Shown: piece by piece, positions 8,373 through 18,625 of the stretch
How the letters are laid out: every line of letters starts with the position of its first letter
How positions within the stretch are numbered: position 1 is the stretch's first letter
Notes under the pieces: model-generated
Database searches by the model: none
Told to the model about the DNA's origin: nothing
Seen by the model: the letters and a program-made list of their open reading frames with translations, nothing else
Position numbers and translations under genes: made by a program
NCBI GenBank assembly: GCA_046290465.1
Contig: JBKAGP010000001.1
Span: 6,144,001 to 6,208,000, forward strand
Origin: Planctomycetota bacterium
GTDB lineage: Bacteria > Planctomycetota > UBA1135 > UBA2386
Direction: 5' to 3'
Length of the DNA: 64,000 nt

Positions 8373-10471
8373 CACGGCAGCGTCTCCCACAAGAACGTCC
8401 ACGAGAGCGCCGCCATGAACGCGGCCTGCTTGTTGTCGGCGGCGCCGCCGTGGCCGCCCTCGATGTTCTCGTAGTAGAGCACGTCGTGGCCCTGCGCCAT
8501 CATGCGCGCCATCATCTTGCGCGCGTGGCCGGGGTGCACGCGGTCGTCGCGCGTCGACGTCGTGAACAGCACCTTCGGGTACTTCGTGTCCTTGTCGACG
8601 TTGTGGTACGGCGAGTAGCGCCGCAGCCACTCGGCCTCTTCGGGCACGTCGGGATCGCCGTACTCGCCCATCCACGAGGCCCCGGCGAGCAGCTTGTGGT
8701 AGCGCAGCATGTCGAGCAACGGCACCTGGCAGACGACCGACCGGAACAGGTCGGGGTACATCACGGTCATGTTGCCCATCAACAGCCCGCCGTTGCTGCC
8801 GCCCTGGATGCCGAGGTGGCGCGGCGACGTGATCTGCGCGTCGATCAGGTCCTCTGCGACCGCGGCGAAGTCCTGGTAGCACTTGTCGCGGTTGGCCTTC
8901 AAAGCCGCCTGGTGCCAGCGCGGGCCGAACTCGCCGCCGCCGCGGATGTTGGCGACCGCGTAGACGCCGCCGCGTTCGAGCCAGCTGGCGCCGACCGTCG
9001 CGCTGTAGCCCGGCGTCAGCGAGACCTCGAAGCCGCCGTAGCCGTACAGCAGCGTCGGGTTGCTGCCGTCGCGCGCGGCGTCGTCCTTCATCACCAGGAA
9101 GTAGGGCACGCGCGTGCCGTCCTTCGACGTCGCCTCGCGCTGCTCGACGACCAGGCCCGCGGTGTCGAAGAACGCCGGCAGGCTCTTCAGCTTCTGCGGA
9201 GCGCCCTTGCCGATCGTGCCGCGCCACAGGCTGGTCGGCGTCAGGTAGTCGGTCACCGTCAGCCAGTAGTCGTCGCCCTGCTCGTCGTCGACCGGCGACG
9301 CCGAGATCGTGCCGAACTCCGGCAGACCCGGCAGCTTCTCGAGCCGCCAGCCGTCGTCGCCGTGGGTGGCCGCGTAGACGACGTTGCGCACGTTGTCGAG
9401 CACGTTGACCAGCAGGTGGTTCCTGGTGCCCGACCAGCCGCTCAAAGAGCTGCGTTCGGTCGGTGCGAACAGCACGTCGAACCGGCGCTTGCCGGCCAGG
9501 AAGTCGTCGAACCGGGTCACCAGCAGCGAGCCGGCCGCGTAGCGTTCGCCGCCGACCTGCCAGTCCTCGCGCAGCTCCAGCAACAGCCACTCGCGGTGCA
9601 CGGACGCGTTGGCGCTGTCCTGCTTGTCGAGCTTGACGATCTGGTCGCCGCTGACGAAGAACATCTCGTTGGTGTAGAACGTGACGCCGCGGTAGAGGAA
9701 GTCGCGTTCGAAGCCGACGGTCGGGTCGCGGTAGGCGTAGAAGAACACGTCGCTGGCCTCGCCCTGCTCGAGCGTGACGGCGTCCGCGATCGGCGTGCCG
9801 CGCTTCCAGACCTTGGCGACGCGCGGGTAGCCGGACTCGGTCATCGAGCCCTCGCCGAAGTCGGTGCCGACGTAGAGCGTGTCGCGGTCCTTCCAGGCGA
9901 CCTGCGTCTTGGCCTCCGGCAGTTCGAAGCCGCCGGCGACGAACTGCTTCTTCACCGGGTCGAACTCGCGCACGACGGTCGCGTCGGCGCCGCCGCGCGA
10001 CAGGCTCAACAGGCACCGCGAGCGATCCGGCAGCAGCCAGCTCGAGCCCTTCCAGACCCAGTTCTCACCCTCCTCCTTGCCGAGCGCGTCGAGGTCGAGC
10101 ACGACCTCCCATTCGGGTTCGTCCTGCTGGTACGACTCCCAGCTGGTCCGCCGCCACAGGCCGCGCGGGTTGTTCGCGTCCTGCCAGAGGTTGTAGTAGT
10201 GCTCCCCGCGCTTGGCGACGTAGGCGATGCGATCGTCGGAGTCGAGGATCGACAGAATGCGCTGCTGCAGTTCGCCGAAGCGCTTGCCGCCGGTCAGGGC
10301 CTGCTGGCTCTCCTTGTTGCGCGCGCGCACCCAGTCGAGCGGCTCGTCGCCGCCGACGTCTTCCAGCCAGAGAAACGGATCGTTCGCAGCTTCGTTCGGC
10401 ATCGGGTCCTGTGCAGTCGTGGCCAGCGTCGTGCAGACAATGGCGGCCAGCGTCGGTAGTCGGTGGTTCAT
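8372..10471 (-). CDS. prolyl oligopeptidase (S9A), exported
   Basis: DPFLWLED, LLYGYGGF, NIRGGGEFG, catalytic GGSNGG, DDRVHP and GGHG motifs; signal peptide. Confidence 0.95.
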   Translation of the reverse strand: MNHRLPTLAAIVCTTLATTAQDPMPNEAANDPFLWLEDVGGDEPLDWVRARNKESQQALTGGKRFGELQQRILSILDSDDRIAYVAKRGEHYYNLWQDANNPRGLWRRTSWESYQQDEPEWEVVLDLDALGKEEGENWVWKGSSWLLPDRSRCLLSLSRGGADATVVREFDPVKKQFVAGGFELPEAKTQVAWKDRDTLYVGTDFGEGSMTESGYPRVAKVWKRGTPIADAVTLEQGEASDVFFYAYRDPTVGFERDFLYRGVTFYTNEMFFVSGDQIVKLDKQDSANASVHREWLLLELREDWQVGGERYAAGSLLVTRFDDFLAGKRRFDVLFAPTERSSLSGWSGTRNHLLVNVLDNVRNVVYAATHGDDGWRLEKLPGLPEFGTISASPVDDEQGDDYWLTVTDYLTPTSLWRGTIGKGAPQKLKSLPAFFDTAGLVVEQREATSKDGTRVPYFLVMKDDAARDGSNPTLLYGYGGFEVSLTPGYSATVGASWLERGGVYAVANIRGGGEFGPRWHQAALKANRDKCYQDFAAVAEDLIDAQITSPRHLGIQGGSNGGLLMGNMTVMYPDLFRSVVCQVPLLDMLRYHKLLAGASWMGEYGDPDVPEEAEWLRRYSPYHNVDKDTKYPKVLFTTSTRDDRVHPGHARKMMARMMAQGHDVLYYENIEGGHGGAADNKQAAFMAALSWTFLWETLP

Positions 10472-10639
10472 CGGTGGGCGTGAGCCTCGGGTGCAGGATG
10501 CGCCTGCACAGGTCTCTGCGACCTGCGGGCGGAGTCCAGGTTTACCGGCTGCGCGGCGCGTTCGCGCCAGAAGGCGCAAAAGCCCGGGCGGATGCCGCGC
10601 CGCGCGCAACCCGATCACAGCACGGCTGCACCGCTCCGA

Positions 10640-13192
10640 TCAGAACATCCCGATCGTGTGCTGCAGGCGGTTGCCGGCGCTGAGTCCGGTCAGCGCGCCC
10701 GCGGTCAGCTCGACGCCGACGACCTGCTGGTAGAGCGCCGAGCCGAGCAGCGCGGCGCTCGCCGGGATCGGCAGCGACAGCTGCGCGCGGCCCTGGCTGT
10801 GCCCCGCGACCTGCACGAAGTCGGGCGTCACCCACAGCGTGCACGCCGACAGCGGCAGCGGCTGCACGGTCGGCGACAGGCCGAGCACGTCGAGCGCGAG
10901 GCCGCCGGTCGGCAGCCCCTCGGCGACGCTGCGCAGCTCGCCGCCGAGGAACGCGCCCTGCTCGGCGCGCAGCACGTTCGGGCCGCCGCTGCCGACGCAG
11001 TTGGGGCCGAAGCTCTGGCCGGTCGCCGGGCAGTCCGTCCGCACGCGCGTGAAGTGGACGGCGACGAGGCCGTCGTGCTCGACGAAGCGGCCGGCGACGT
11101 GGAGTTCGCCGCGGCGCGTGAACTGCAGGTCGAGCACGGTGCCCGGGGTGCCGTCGGCCGCGCCGACCCCGCCGGCGAGCTGGCTCCAGCCGGTGCCGTC
11201 GAAGCGCGCCAGGCTGCGCGCCGCGACGCCGCCGATCGCGTCGAACTCGCCGCCGACGACCAGGTCGCCGTCCGGCAGCACCGCGATCGTGTGTAGCACG
11301 CCGGCCGTCGGCGCCGGCAGCGATTGCCAGCTGCTGCCGTCGAAGCTGGCGACGAACGGCTGGGCGGTGGTCGTGCCGCAGACGAACAGCACGCCGTCGC
11401 GCCGCACCACGCAGTCGCTGACGACGTGGCCCGTGCCCGCGACCGCGCTGGTCAGCCCGGCGCCGAGCGGCAGCCACGCCTGGCCGTTCCAGCGCATCAC
11501 GCCCGGCTGGCCGCCGCCCGGGATCGACTGCAGCGCGCCGCCGGCGACGAGGTCGCCGCCGGGCAATTCGGCGAGCGTTGCGAACTGTCCGGACAGGCCG
11601 CTCTGCTGCGTGCTGAGCAACGTCCAGCCGGTGGGGCCGTGGCGGAACAGGCCGTTGCCGCCGGCATACACGGTGCCGTCCTCGAGCTCCACCACGCAGC
11701 TCGCGCCGCCGAGGAACGGGGTGTTGCCGAAGCCCGACCAGGTCGCGCCGTCGAAGCGCATGACGTCACCGTTCGGGCCGACGACGAACGAGCCGGCGAT
11801 CAGCACCGAGCCGTCGGCGGCGGGCTCGATCGCGCGCACCTCGGGCAAGAACGGCGCGCCCTGCAGCACCGGCCCGTTGGCCGTCGACTGCGGCAGCCAG
11901 GTGCCGCCGACGCCGCGCACCAACCCCGGCGAGTAGTTGCGTTCGACCCGGTAGAACGAGCCGCCGAGCAGCAGGTCGCCGTTGGGCAGCGCGGTCGAAG
12001 CCTGCACCGGCGCGTCGATGCCGCCGCCCATCGGGTCCGCCTGCCAGCTGCCGACCACCGCGACGCCGTTGCACGGCTCCCCGCTGACGGCCTCGAACGG
12101 GCCGGCGAGCGCGAACGCCGTCGGCGTGTTCTGGCCCGGGCGCGGGTCGATCGACAGCGACAGGCGTGACGGCGTGAACGTCGCCGCGGTCGCCAGCGGG
12201 GCATAGAGCGCCGTCCAGCCGGCCAGCGGCTCCCACAGCGCCACGCCGGCCTGCTGGCCGAACGCGTCGAAGTCGCCCACGGCCATCAGGGCCTCGCCCT
12301 GGAAGCCCGTGGTGATGCCGAGCGCGCCGATCCACGGCCCCGCGGGGAACGAGTTGCTCGGCCCCAGTCCTGGCAGGTCGCTCCAGGTGCTGCCGTCCCA
12401 TCGGCGCACGGCCGGCAGCGTGGGGGCGGCGGCGAACACGTCGCCGCCCGACATCACCGCGATCGACGCGACCGGCTGCGCGACGCCGGCACCGAGCGCC
12501 GACCAGCCGGAGCTGCTCCAGCGCGCGAGGTTCTGTGCCGGGGTCGAGCCGGCGGTCGCGAACGCGCCGCCGGCCAGCAGGTCGCCGTTGGCGTCGATGC
12601 AGATGGACTGCACCAACGGGTCCGGGCCACCGGCCACGCCGCCGCCCAGTCCGACCCACTGCGAGCCGTTCCAGCGGGCGAGGCGCGCGGTCGGCTGTCC
12701 GGCACAGGCCGTGAAGCGTCCGCCGGCGACCGGGTCGCCGTTGGCGAGGGTGCCGACGACGAGCGGTTCGGCGTCGAAGTCGCCGCCGAGCACCGTCCAC
12801 ACGCTGCCGTTCCAGCGCGCGACCCGATGCACGGCCGCTGCACCTTGCCCGAGCGAGCCCGCGACCAGCAGCGTGTTGTTGCCATCGACGGCGGCCGCGC
12901 GCACATGGTCGAACGGGCCTGCGGGCAGGGTCGTCCAGCTCCGGGTGGCTGGGTCGTACAGCGCCGCGCCGGCGCACGGGGTCGCCTCGACGTATGCGAA
13001 CGCGCCGCCGACGAAGACGAGCATCGGAGCCGGCCCGGCGCCATCGGAGTCCCAGTAGCGCACGACGTCCGGACGTGCGGACGGGCCGCGGTGGGCGAAC
13101 GCGGGCGTCGCGACCAGCCCGCACTGGGCGGACACGAGTGCGGTGGACAGCGACAGGCCGATGGCCGCGAGGATCGGATGGGTGGGGTTCAT
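10640..13192 (-). CDS. exported beta-propeller repeat protein
   Basis: Signal peptide; repeated G.L..GG.F...G......ARW.G..W..LG.G units; C-terminal Ig-like tail (LSLPIP...LLG..LYQQ). Alternative start at 13201. Confidence 0.85.
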   Translation of the reverse strand: MNPTHPILAAIGLSLSTALVSAQCGLVATPAFAHRGPSARPDVVRYWDSDGAGPAPMLVFVGGAFAYVEATPCAGAALYDPATRSWTTLPAGPFDHVRAAAVDGNNTLLVAGSLGQGAAAVHRVARWNGSVWTVLGGDFDAEPLVVGTLANGDPVAGGRFTACAGQPTARLARWNGSQWVGLGGGVAGGPDPLVQSICIDANGDLLAGGAFATAGSTPAQNLARWSSSGWSALGAGVAQPVASIAVMSGGDVFAAAPTLPAVRRWDGSTWSDLPGLGPSNSFPAGPWIGALGITTGFQGEALMAVGDFDAFGQQAGVALWEPLAGWTALYAPLATAATFTPSRLSLSIDPRPGQNTPTAFALAGPFEAVSGEPCNGVAVVGSWQADPMGGGIDAPVQASTALPNGDLLLGGSFYRVERNYSPGLVRGVGGTWLPQSTANGPVLQGAPFLPEVRAIEPAADGSVLIAGSFVVGPNGDVMRFDGATWSGFGNTPFLGGASCVVELEDGTVYAGGNGLFRHGPTGWTLLSTQQSGLSGQFATLAELPGGDLVAGGALQSIPGGGQPGVMRWNGQAWLPLGAGLTSAVAGTGHVVSDCVVRRDGVLFVCGTTTAQPFVASFDGSSWQSLPAPTAGVLHTIAVLPDGDLVVGGEFDAIGGVAARSLARFDGTGWSQLAGGVGAADGTPGTVLDLQFTRRGELHVAGRFVEHDGLVAVHFTRVRTDCPATGQSFGPNCVGSGGPNVLRAEQGAFLGGELRSVAEGLPTGGLALDVLGLSPTVQPLPLSACTLWVTPDFVQVAGHSQGRAQLSLPIPASAALLGSALYQQVVGVELTAGALTGLSAGNRLQHTIGMF

Positions 13193-13378
13193 GGACGACA
13201 TGCGGGGGGCCGCGCGGTGGAGCAAGGAGTGTACCCGGCGCCGAGCGGGCGCCCGCGACGCCTGCCGGTGCGGGATCGCAGGCCCGTGTTTCGGCGGCGA
13301 AACGGCAAGCCCGCGCCTTGGCGCGAACCGGTCGAAGGAATCCCTGTAAGCAGCCTCCCGCTCCAGCATCCGTGGCAC

Positions 13379-14926
13379 ATGCGATCGTCCAGCTTCGTCG
13401 TGGCCGTGCCCCTCTTGCTCCTCGCCGTCCTGCCCGCCCAGGAGGGCTCGCGCGCCGTCGGCTCCGGCCGCGCGTTCACCGAACAGAAGGTGCTGACGCC
13501 CGGCCAGCGCGATCGCTGGGAGGTCGACGTCGCAGCGGACGAGGTGCTGCGGTTCCGGGTGACGGCGCAGCAGTTCGATCCGGTGCTCGAACTGGTCGAC
13601 GCGGCGGGCACGGTGCTGGCGAGCGACGACGGCGTTGGCTCGCAGAGCTACGTGCAGCACCGCGTGCCGCAGGCGGGCAAGGTCGCGTTCGTCGTGCGCG
13701 GCTACCGCGGCGGCGGCGGCGGCCGCTACGACGTCTGGATGGAGCGCTACCGGACCGTCGCCGCGGCCGTCGGTGACGAGGTCGAAGGGCGCATCGGAGA
13801 GCACGGCTGGGCGCACGTCCGGCTGCAGCTCGAGCAGGGCGCGCGGTTCTTGCCGCTCGTCGACGGCGCGCGGCTGACCTACGTGATGGAGTTCGGTCCG
13901 GACCGCCAGCTGCACGCGCGCTTGAACACCTACACAGCGCTCGCCGCCGGCGAACACCATCTGCGCGTCGAGGGCCGCGCCGGCGACGCGTTCTGCCTGC
14001 GGACCCTGCGCCCGACGACGCGCGAACCCGAGGTCGGCGAACGGCTCGACGTCACCCTCGCGCCGGGGGGGATGGACGTGCTGCGGATCCGGCTGCCGCC
14101 CGACCGCGCCTGCATGCTCGATCTGGCGATGCCCGGCGTGCAGCTGCAGCAGCACCTGCAGCTGGTCGACCTGCGGCGGCCGTACTGCCAGCTCGGCACC
14201 GCGATCAAGGGCGGCCGGGTGCGGCGGCTGTTCTGGGCGCAGCAGGGCGCCGACCTGGAGCTGTGGCTGCACCATGCCGGCGGCGGCGAGGCTGGCTACA
14301 CGTTCTGTCTGCGCGACGCCGATCGGCCGGCGCCGGACGACCAGCAGGCGCAGCTCGCGCTCGGCGACCTGCAGTGCCACACGATCCCGGCGCGGACCGG
14401 CGACATCGTGTCGCTGGTGGCGCGCTCGGAGCGGTTCGATCCGAGCATGGTGGTGATCGATCCGCATGGCCACGAGGTGTGCCACGTGCACGATCGCGGC
14501 GCACTCGACCGGGCCGCGAGCGCGACGTTCGACGCGCGCCACGACGGCTCCTACCGCGTGCTCGTCTACGCGCCGGCCCACGCGGGCTCAGGTGGCTACG
14601 ACCTCGACGTGACCCGCCACGAAGTGCCCGAAATCGCGTTCGGCCGGTCGCTGCAGCTCGCCTGCGATCCGACCGCGAACGCGCACGCGCAGCTGCGGCT
14701 GCCGGCGGGCCAGGAGGTCTGGTTGTCGGTCAAGGGGGCCGGCGTCGATCCCGCGCTGACCGTCGTCGACGACCGCGGCCACACGCTCGGCTGCTGGGAG
14801 GGCGGCGGCGTGCGCGGCGACGTGCTGCAGGCGCTGCGGCTGGACCGGACCTCGCGGCTGACGCTGTTCGTGCACGCGCGTTCGGGCCAGGGGGTCTGCA
14901 CGGTTCGCGCGATCGCGGTCGAATGA
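13379..14926 (+). CDS. exported protein with repeated PPC (pre-peptidase C-terminal)-like beta domains
   Basis: Signal peptide; repeated FDPVLELVD..G..LASDD / FDPSMVVID / VDPALTVVD and G.Y.L motifs. Confidence 0.75.
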   Translation: MRSSSFVVAVPLLLLAVLPAQEGSRAVGSGRAFTEQKVLTPGQRDRWEVDVAADEVLRFRVTAQQFDPVLELVDAAGTVLASDDGVGSQSYVQHRVPQAGKVAFVVRGYRGGGGGRYDVWMERYRTVAAAVGDEVEGRIGEHGWAHVRLQLEQGARFLPLVDGARLTYVMEFGPDRQLHARLNTYTALAAGEHHLRVEGRAGDAFCLRTLRPTTREPEVGERLDVTLAPGGMDVLRIRLPPDRACMLDLAMPGVQLQQHLQLVDLRRPYCQLGTAIKGGRVRRLFWAQQGADLELWLHHAGGGEAGYTFCLRDADRPAPDDQQAQLALGDLQCHTIPARTGDIVSLVARSERFDPSMVVIDPHGHEVCHVHDRGALDRAASATFDARHDGSYRVLVYAPAHAGSGGYDLDVTRHEVPEIAFGRSLQLACDPTANAHAQLRLPAGQEVWLSVKGAGVDPALTVVDDRGHTLGCWEGGGVRGDVLQALRLDRTSRLTLFVHARSGQGVCTVRAIAVE

Positions 14927-14964
14927 CGGGCGCCGCCGTGCTAAGGTGCGCACGGCGGTCAGGC

Positions 14965-16221
14965 ATGCTGCGGATACCGGTCGAATCCAGAGCAAGCCGT
15001 ACGGTCTCGGCTTGGGTCGAGGTCGATCTCGGCAACATCGCGCACAACGTGGGCGCGTTCCGCCAGCGGCTGCCCGCGGCGACCCGCCTGACGGCGGTGG
15101 TCAAGGCCGACGGTTACGGCCACGGCATGCTGCGGGTGGCGCGCACCGCGCTGCACGCCGGCGCCGAAGAACTCGCGGTCGCGACCGTGCACGAGGGCGC
15201 CGCGCTGCGGGCCGCCGGCCTGCACGCACCGATCCTGATCGCCGGTCCGGTCGCGCCGGAGGAGGCGCCGCTGGTCGTGCAGCACGGGCTGGTGCCGAGC
15301 GTGGCGTGCTTCGAGGTCGCGGCGGCGCTGACCCGGGCGACCCGCAGGTTCTTGCCGGTGCAGATCGAGGTCGACACCGGCATGACCCGGCACGGCGTCG
15401 CGGCCGGCGAGCTGGCCAACTTCGTCAAGACGCTCGAGGAGCGCGGCCGGCTGTCGATCGCGGGCGTCTACACGCACTTCGCCGGGCTGTCGGCGCAGGA
15501 CCTGCCGGCGATGCGGCAGCAGCTGCAGCTGTTCTCGTCGGTGGTCGACTCGGTGCAGTCGCTGCGCGGCGTGCGGCGGCACGCGTGCAACACGCTCGGC
15601 GCGCTGCTGCTGCCGGATGCGGCGCTCGACAGCGTGCGCATCGGCGGGGGCCTCTACGGGTTCGATCCGCTGGCCGGAGCCGGCCGGATCGCGCTGCGGC
15701 GCGCGCTGTCGCTGAAGGCCCACGTCGTCGGCCTGCGTACGGCTCGGGCCGGCGAACGGGTCGGCTACGGCGGCGAGTTCGTCTGTCGGCGCCCGACCCG
15801 GCTGGCGCTGCTGCCGATCGGCTACGGCGACGGACTGGTGCGCGAGCTGTGGCGCGGGGCCGAGGTGCTGGTGCGCGGCCGGCGCGCGCCGATCGTCGGC
15901 GCGATCAGCATGAACCAGACGCTGGTCGACGTGACCGACCTGCCCGAGATCGTGTTCGGCGAAGAGGTCGTGCTGCTCGGCGCGATGGGCGACGACGAGG
16001 TGACGGCGGACGAGCGCGTGCCGGCCGGCGGCTCGGCCTACGAGGTCACGTCGGTGTTGAGCCCGCGGTTGCCGCGCCTGTTCGTCGGCAGCCCGCTGGA
16101 TGCGTCGAGCGAAGCCAACCAGGAACGGGCGGCTGCAGATCGGGCGGCTGCAGATCGGGCGGCTGGCGATCGCACGGCCGGGCCGCATTCGCCAGCGACG
16201 CCGAAGTCGCAAGCGACGTAG
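14965..16221 (+). CDS. alr: alanine racemase
   Basis: AVVKADGYGHG (PLP lysine), VDTGMTRHG, THFA, VGYGG, PIGYGDG. The start could be 14923. Confidence 0.93.
   Translation: MLRIPVESRASRTVSAWVEVDLGNIAHNVGAFRQRLPAATRLTAVVKADGYGHGMLRVARTALHAGAEELAVATVHEGAALRAAGLHAPILIAGPVAPEEAPLVVQHGLVPSVACFEVAAALTRATRRFLPVQIEVDTGMTRHGVAAGELANFVKTLEERGRLSIAGVYTHFAGLSAQDLPAMRQQLQLFSSVVDSVQSLRGVRRHACNTLGALLLPDAALDSVRIGGGLYGFDPLAGAGRIALRRALSLKAHVVGLRTARAGERVGYGGEFVCRRPTRLALLPIGYGDGLVRELWRGAEVLVRGRRAPIVGAISMNQTLVDVTDLPEIVFGEEVVLLGAMGDDEVTADERVPAGGSAYEVTSVLSPRLPRLFVGSPLDASSEANQERAAADRAAADRAAGDRTAGPHSPATPKSQAT
16126..16170 (+). repeat. 15-bp tandem repeat x3 in the alr C-terminal tail (RAAAD)
   Basis: CGGGCGGCTGCAGAT copies. 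Confidence 0.85.
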
Positions 16222-16285
16222 CTGGCAGGCACGTCGCAGGCGAGATCATCGCGGGCCGCGTGCGAGCCGCCGACTTGTAGGCCGC

Positions 16286-16336
16286 CGACGTGCAAGCTGC
16301 GTCGACGTGCAAGCTGCGTCGACGTGCAGGCCGCGT
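16286..16336. repeat. 17-bp tandem repeat x3 (CGACGTGCAAGCTGCGT)
   Basis: Contiguous copies between alr and the SRP RNA. Confidence 0.85.
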
Positions 16337-16348
16337 CGACGCGCGGCC

Positions 16349-16474
16349 CGCGAAGGTGGGATCCGCCAGGCACCCCGGGCACAAGGAACAGCCACCGTTG
16401 GCTGCTACCTTCCGGTCCTGACCAGGTGCGCCGACTGCCCCCTTGCTCGGGACCCGGCAGACCCCACCTTCGCG
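16349..16474 (-). ncRNA. ffs: signal recognition particle RNA (4.5S)
   Basis: Long hairpin closed by CGCGAAGGTGGG/CCCACCTTCGCG, with domain IV motif TCAGGACCGGAAGGTAGCAG; near dnaX. Ends approximate. Confidence 0.93.
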
Positions 16475-16490
16475 AGCCGCGCGAAGAAAC

Positions 16491-16581
16491 TGGCGGAGAG
16501 GGGGGGATTCGAACCCCCGACGGCCTTTTGGGCCGTACCCGCTTTCCAGGCGAGCTCCTTAAGCCACTCGGTCACCCCTCC
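16491..16581 (-). tRNA. tRNA-Ser(GGA)
   Basis: Reverse complement: GGAGGGG acceptor, anticodon loop CTGGAAA, long variable arm, GGGGGTTCGAATCCCCC, CCA end. Confidence 0.96.
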
Positions 16582-16712
16582 GCACGGTCCCGTTTGCTCG
16601 CACTGTGGCGCCTGGACGGGAATTGGGGACGGAGAACCCTAGCTGCCGACGGCGCGCCAGGCAAGGTCGCCATGCTCTTTCGCGGCGCTTCGCGATCCGG
16701 CATGCTGGCGGC

Positions 16713-18524
16713 ATGGCGGCAGCCGGCAACGACAACGGATCCGAGGGCAGCAGCGGCAACTACCAGGTCGTCGCGCGCCGGTTCCGCCCGCAGACGTTCG
16801 ACGAGCTGGTCGGCCAGGAAGAGGTGCTGCAGTCGCTGCGTCGGGCCCTCGAGCAGGGCCGGGTGCCGCACGCGTTCCTGTTCACCGGCAGCCGCGGGGT
16901 CGGCAAGACCACGTCGGCGCGGATCCTGGCGCGCTGCCTCAACTGCGAGCAGGGGCCGACGCCCAGCCCGTGCGGCGTCTGCGAGCCGTGCCGGTCGATC
17001 CTCGACGGCAGCAACCCGGACGTGATCGAGATGGACGCCGCGTCCAACCGCGGCGTCGACGAGGTCCGCCGGCTGCGCGAGAGCGTGTCGTTCGCGACCA
17101 TGCAGTCGCGCTACCGCGTCGTGATCCTCGACGAGGTGCACATGTTCACCAAGGAGGCGTTCAACGCCTTCCTCAAGACGCTCGAGGAGCCGCCGCCGCA
17201 GGTGGTGTTCGTGCTGGCGACGACCGAGCGCCACAAGGTGCCGGACACGATCATCTCGCGCTGCCAGGTGCTGCCGTTCCGGCGGGTGGGCGAGACCGAC
17301 CTGGTCAAGCGCCTGCGCATGATCGCCGACAAGGAAGGCGTCACGCTGGTCGACGCGGTGCTCGAGGAGATCGCGATGGCGGTGCGCGGCGGCGTGCGCG
17401 ACGCCGAGACCGCGCTCGAACGGATCCTGCCGTTGGCGCGCGAGATGGGCGATGCGTTCGACCTCGACGCCTACCGCACGCTGACCGCGCGGGTCGGCCT
17501 CGATGCCGTCATCGACGTCGTCAAGGCGCTGCTGCAGGGCGACGCCAGGCAGGGCCTGCAGTTCGCCCGCGCGATGCAGGAGCAGGGCTTCGACGAGCGC
17601 GAGGCGCTCGGGGAGATCACGTCGATGCTGCGCAGCCTGCTGCTGATGAAGATCGACGGCGAGGACACCGGCCTGGTGCCGCTGTCGGGGGCGCTGCGCG
17701 AGCGCGTGCAGGAGGTCGCCAAGGACGTCGACACGGCGCGTCTCGACGCGATGATCGGCGCCGGCATCCTCGGTCGCGAGCGGCTGCGCAAGCTCGAGGA
17801 CCGCGGGGTCGTGTTCGAGATCGCGCTGGTGCGCATGGCCCAGGCCGGCGCGTTGCCGACCCTCGCCGACCTGCTCGCCGAGGTGCGGGCGGGGGGCGGA
17901 GCGGCGCTCGCGGCGGCCGCGCCGGCGCCGGCGGCCGCTGCTCCTTCGCGTTCGGCGCCGCCACCGACTGCCGCTCCGCGCGCCGCTGCGTCGGCGCAGG
18001 CCGCGCCGCAACGTCCTAGCGCGCCGCAGCGTCCGAGCACGCCGGTCAGCGACTCCAACGAGTTGAAGGCCCGTTCGCTGGCCCGGCTCAGCGACCGCAA
18101 GCTGCTGCAGACGACGCTCGAGCTGTGCCGATTCACCGGTCCCGACCAGAACGGCCGGGTCGTCGTCACTCTGGAGAGCGAGCGCAAGATGTTCATCGAT
18201 CGGCTGAAGTCGCCGGTGATCGAACAGGAACTCAAGCAGGTCATCCAGGAGGCCGCCGCGCGCGACCTGTCGGTCGAGATCCGCACCAAGGGTGGCGGTG
18301 GCGGCGAGGCAGCGGCCGGGGGCGGCGGCGCCGGCGGCGGCCGCAAGCCACCGCAAAAGGACGCGCAGCCGGGGCCCAAGGCCAAGCGCGTGCTGAAGAA
18401 GTTCGGCGGCCGCGTCGTCCAGGTGAACCCGCAGGATCGAGTCCAGCAGCCGCCCGCGGCCCCGCCGAGCGAGCCCGACTACGACCAGGAGATGCTGGAT
18501 CCGGGCCTGCCGCCGGAGGACTAG
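16713..18524 (+). CDS. dnaX: DNA polymerase III subunit gamma/tau
   Basis: RRFRPQTFDELVGQ, GSRGVGKT, CLNC..PCGVCEPC, DEVHM, NAFLKTLEEPP, TIISRC. Confidence 0.97.
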   Translation: MAAAGNDNGSEGSSGNYQVVARRFRPQTFDELVGQEEVLQSLRRALEQGRVPHAFLFTGSRGVGKTTSARILARCLNCEQGPTPSPCGVCEPCRSILDGSNPDVIEMDAASNRGVDEVRRLRESVSFATMQSRYRVVILDEVHMFTKEAFNAFLKTLEEPPPQVVFVLATTERHKVPDTIISRCQVLPFRRVGETDLVKRLRMIADKEGVTLVDAVLEEIAMAVRGGVRDAETALERILPLAREMGDAFDLDAYRTLTARVGLDAVIDVVKALLQGDARQGLQFARAMQEQGFDEREALGEITSMLRSLLLMKIDGEDTGLVPLSGALRERVQEVAKDVDTARLDAMIGAGILGRERLRKLEDRGVVFEIALVRMAQAGALPTLADLLAEVRAGGGAALAAAAPAPAAAAPSRSAPPPTAAPRAAASAQAAPQRPSAPQRPSTPVSDSNELKARSLARLSDRKLLQTTLELCRFTGPDQNGRVVVTLESERKMFIDRLKSPVIEQELKQVIQEAAARDLSVEIRTKGGGGGEAAAGGGGAGGGRKPPQKDAQPGPKAKRVLKKFGGRVVQVNPQDRVQQPPAAPPSEPDYDQEMLDPGLPPED

Positions 18525-18565
18525 ACGCGCGGCGGGGACGGGCGCGGATGCGCTCGGCCGCGATC

Positions 18566-18599
18566 GGTGGCACAGGATGAACCCGGTTCGGTATGCGGC
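18566..18599. repeat. dispersed palindromic intergenic repeat, copy 1
   Basis: GGTGGCACAGGATGAACCCGGTTCGGTATGCGGC; similar copies at 51089 and 62266; partial extra copy at about 18606-18624. Confidence 0.8.
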
Positions 18600-18625
18600 A
18601 CTTGGTGGACCGGGTTCGGTATGGG

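Noticed and set aside
370..16490. Prophage or integrative element at tRNA-Ser
   Set aside because: No integrase or phage genes. The matching tRNA ends are inverted and belong to two complete tRNAs, so they are not direct att repeats.
16713..18524. Programmed -1 frameshift in dnaX
   Set aside because: No A-AAA-AAG heptamer or long A run seen; only CAAAAG near the end.
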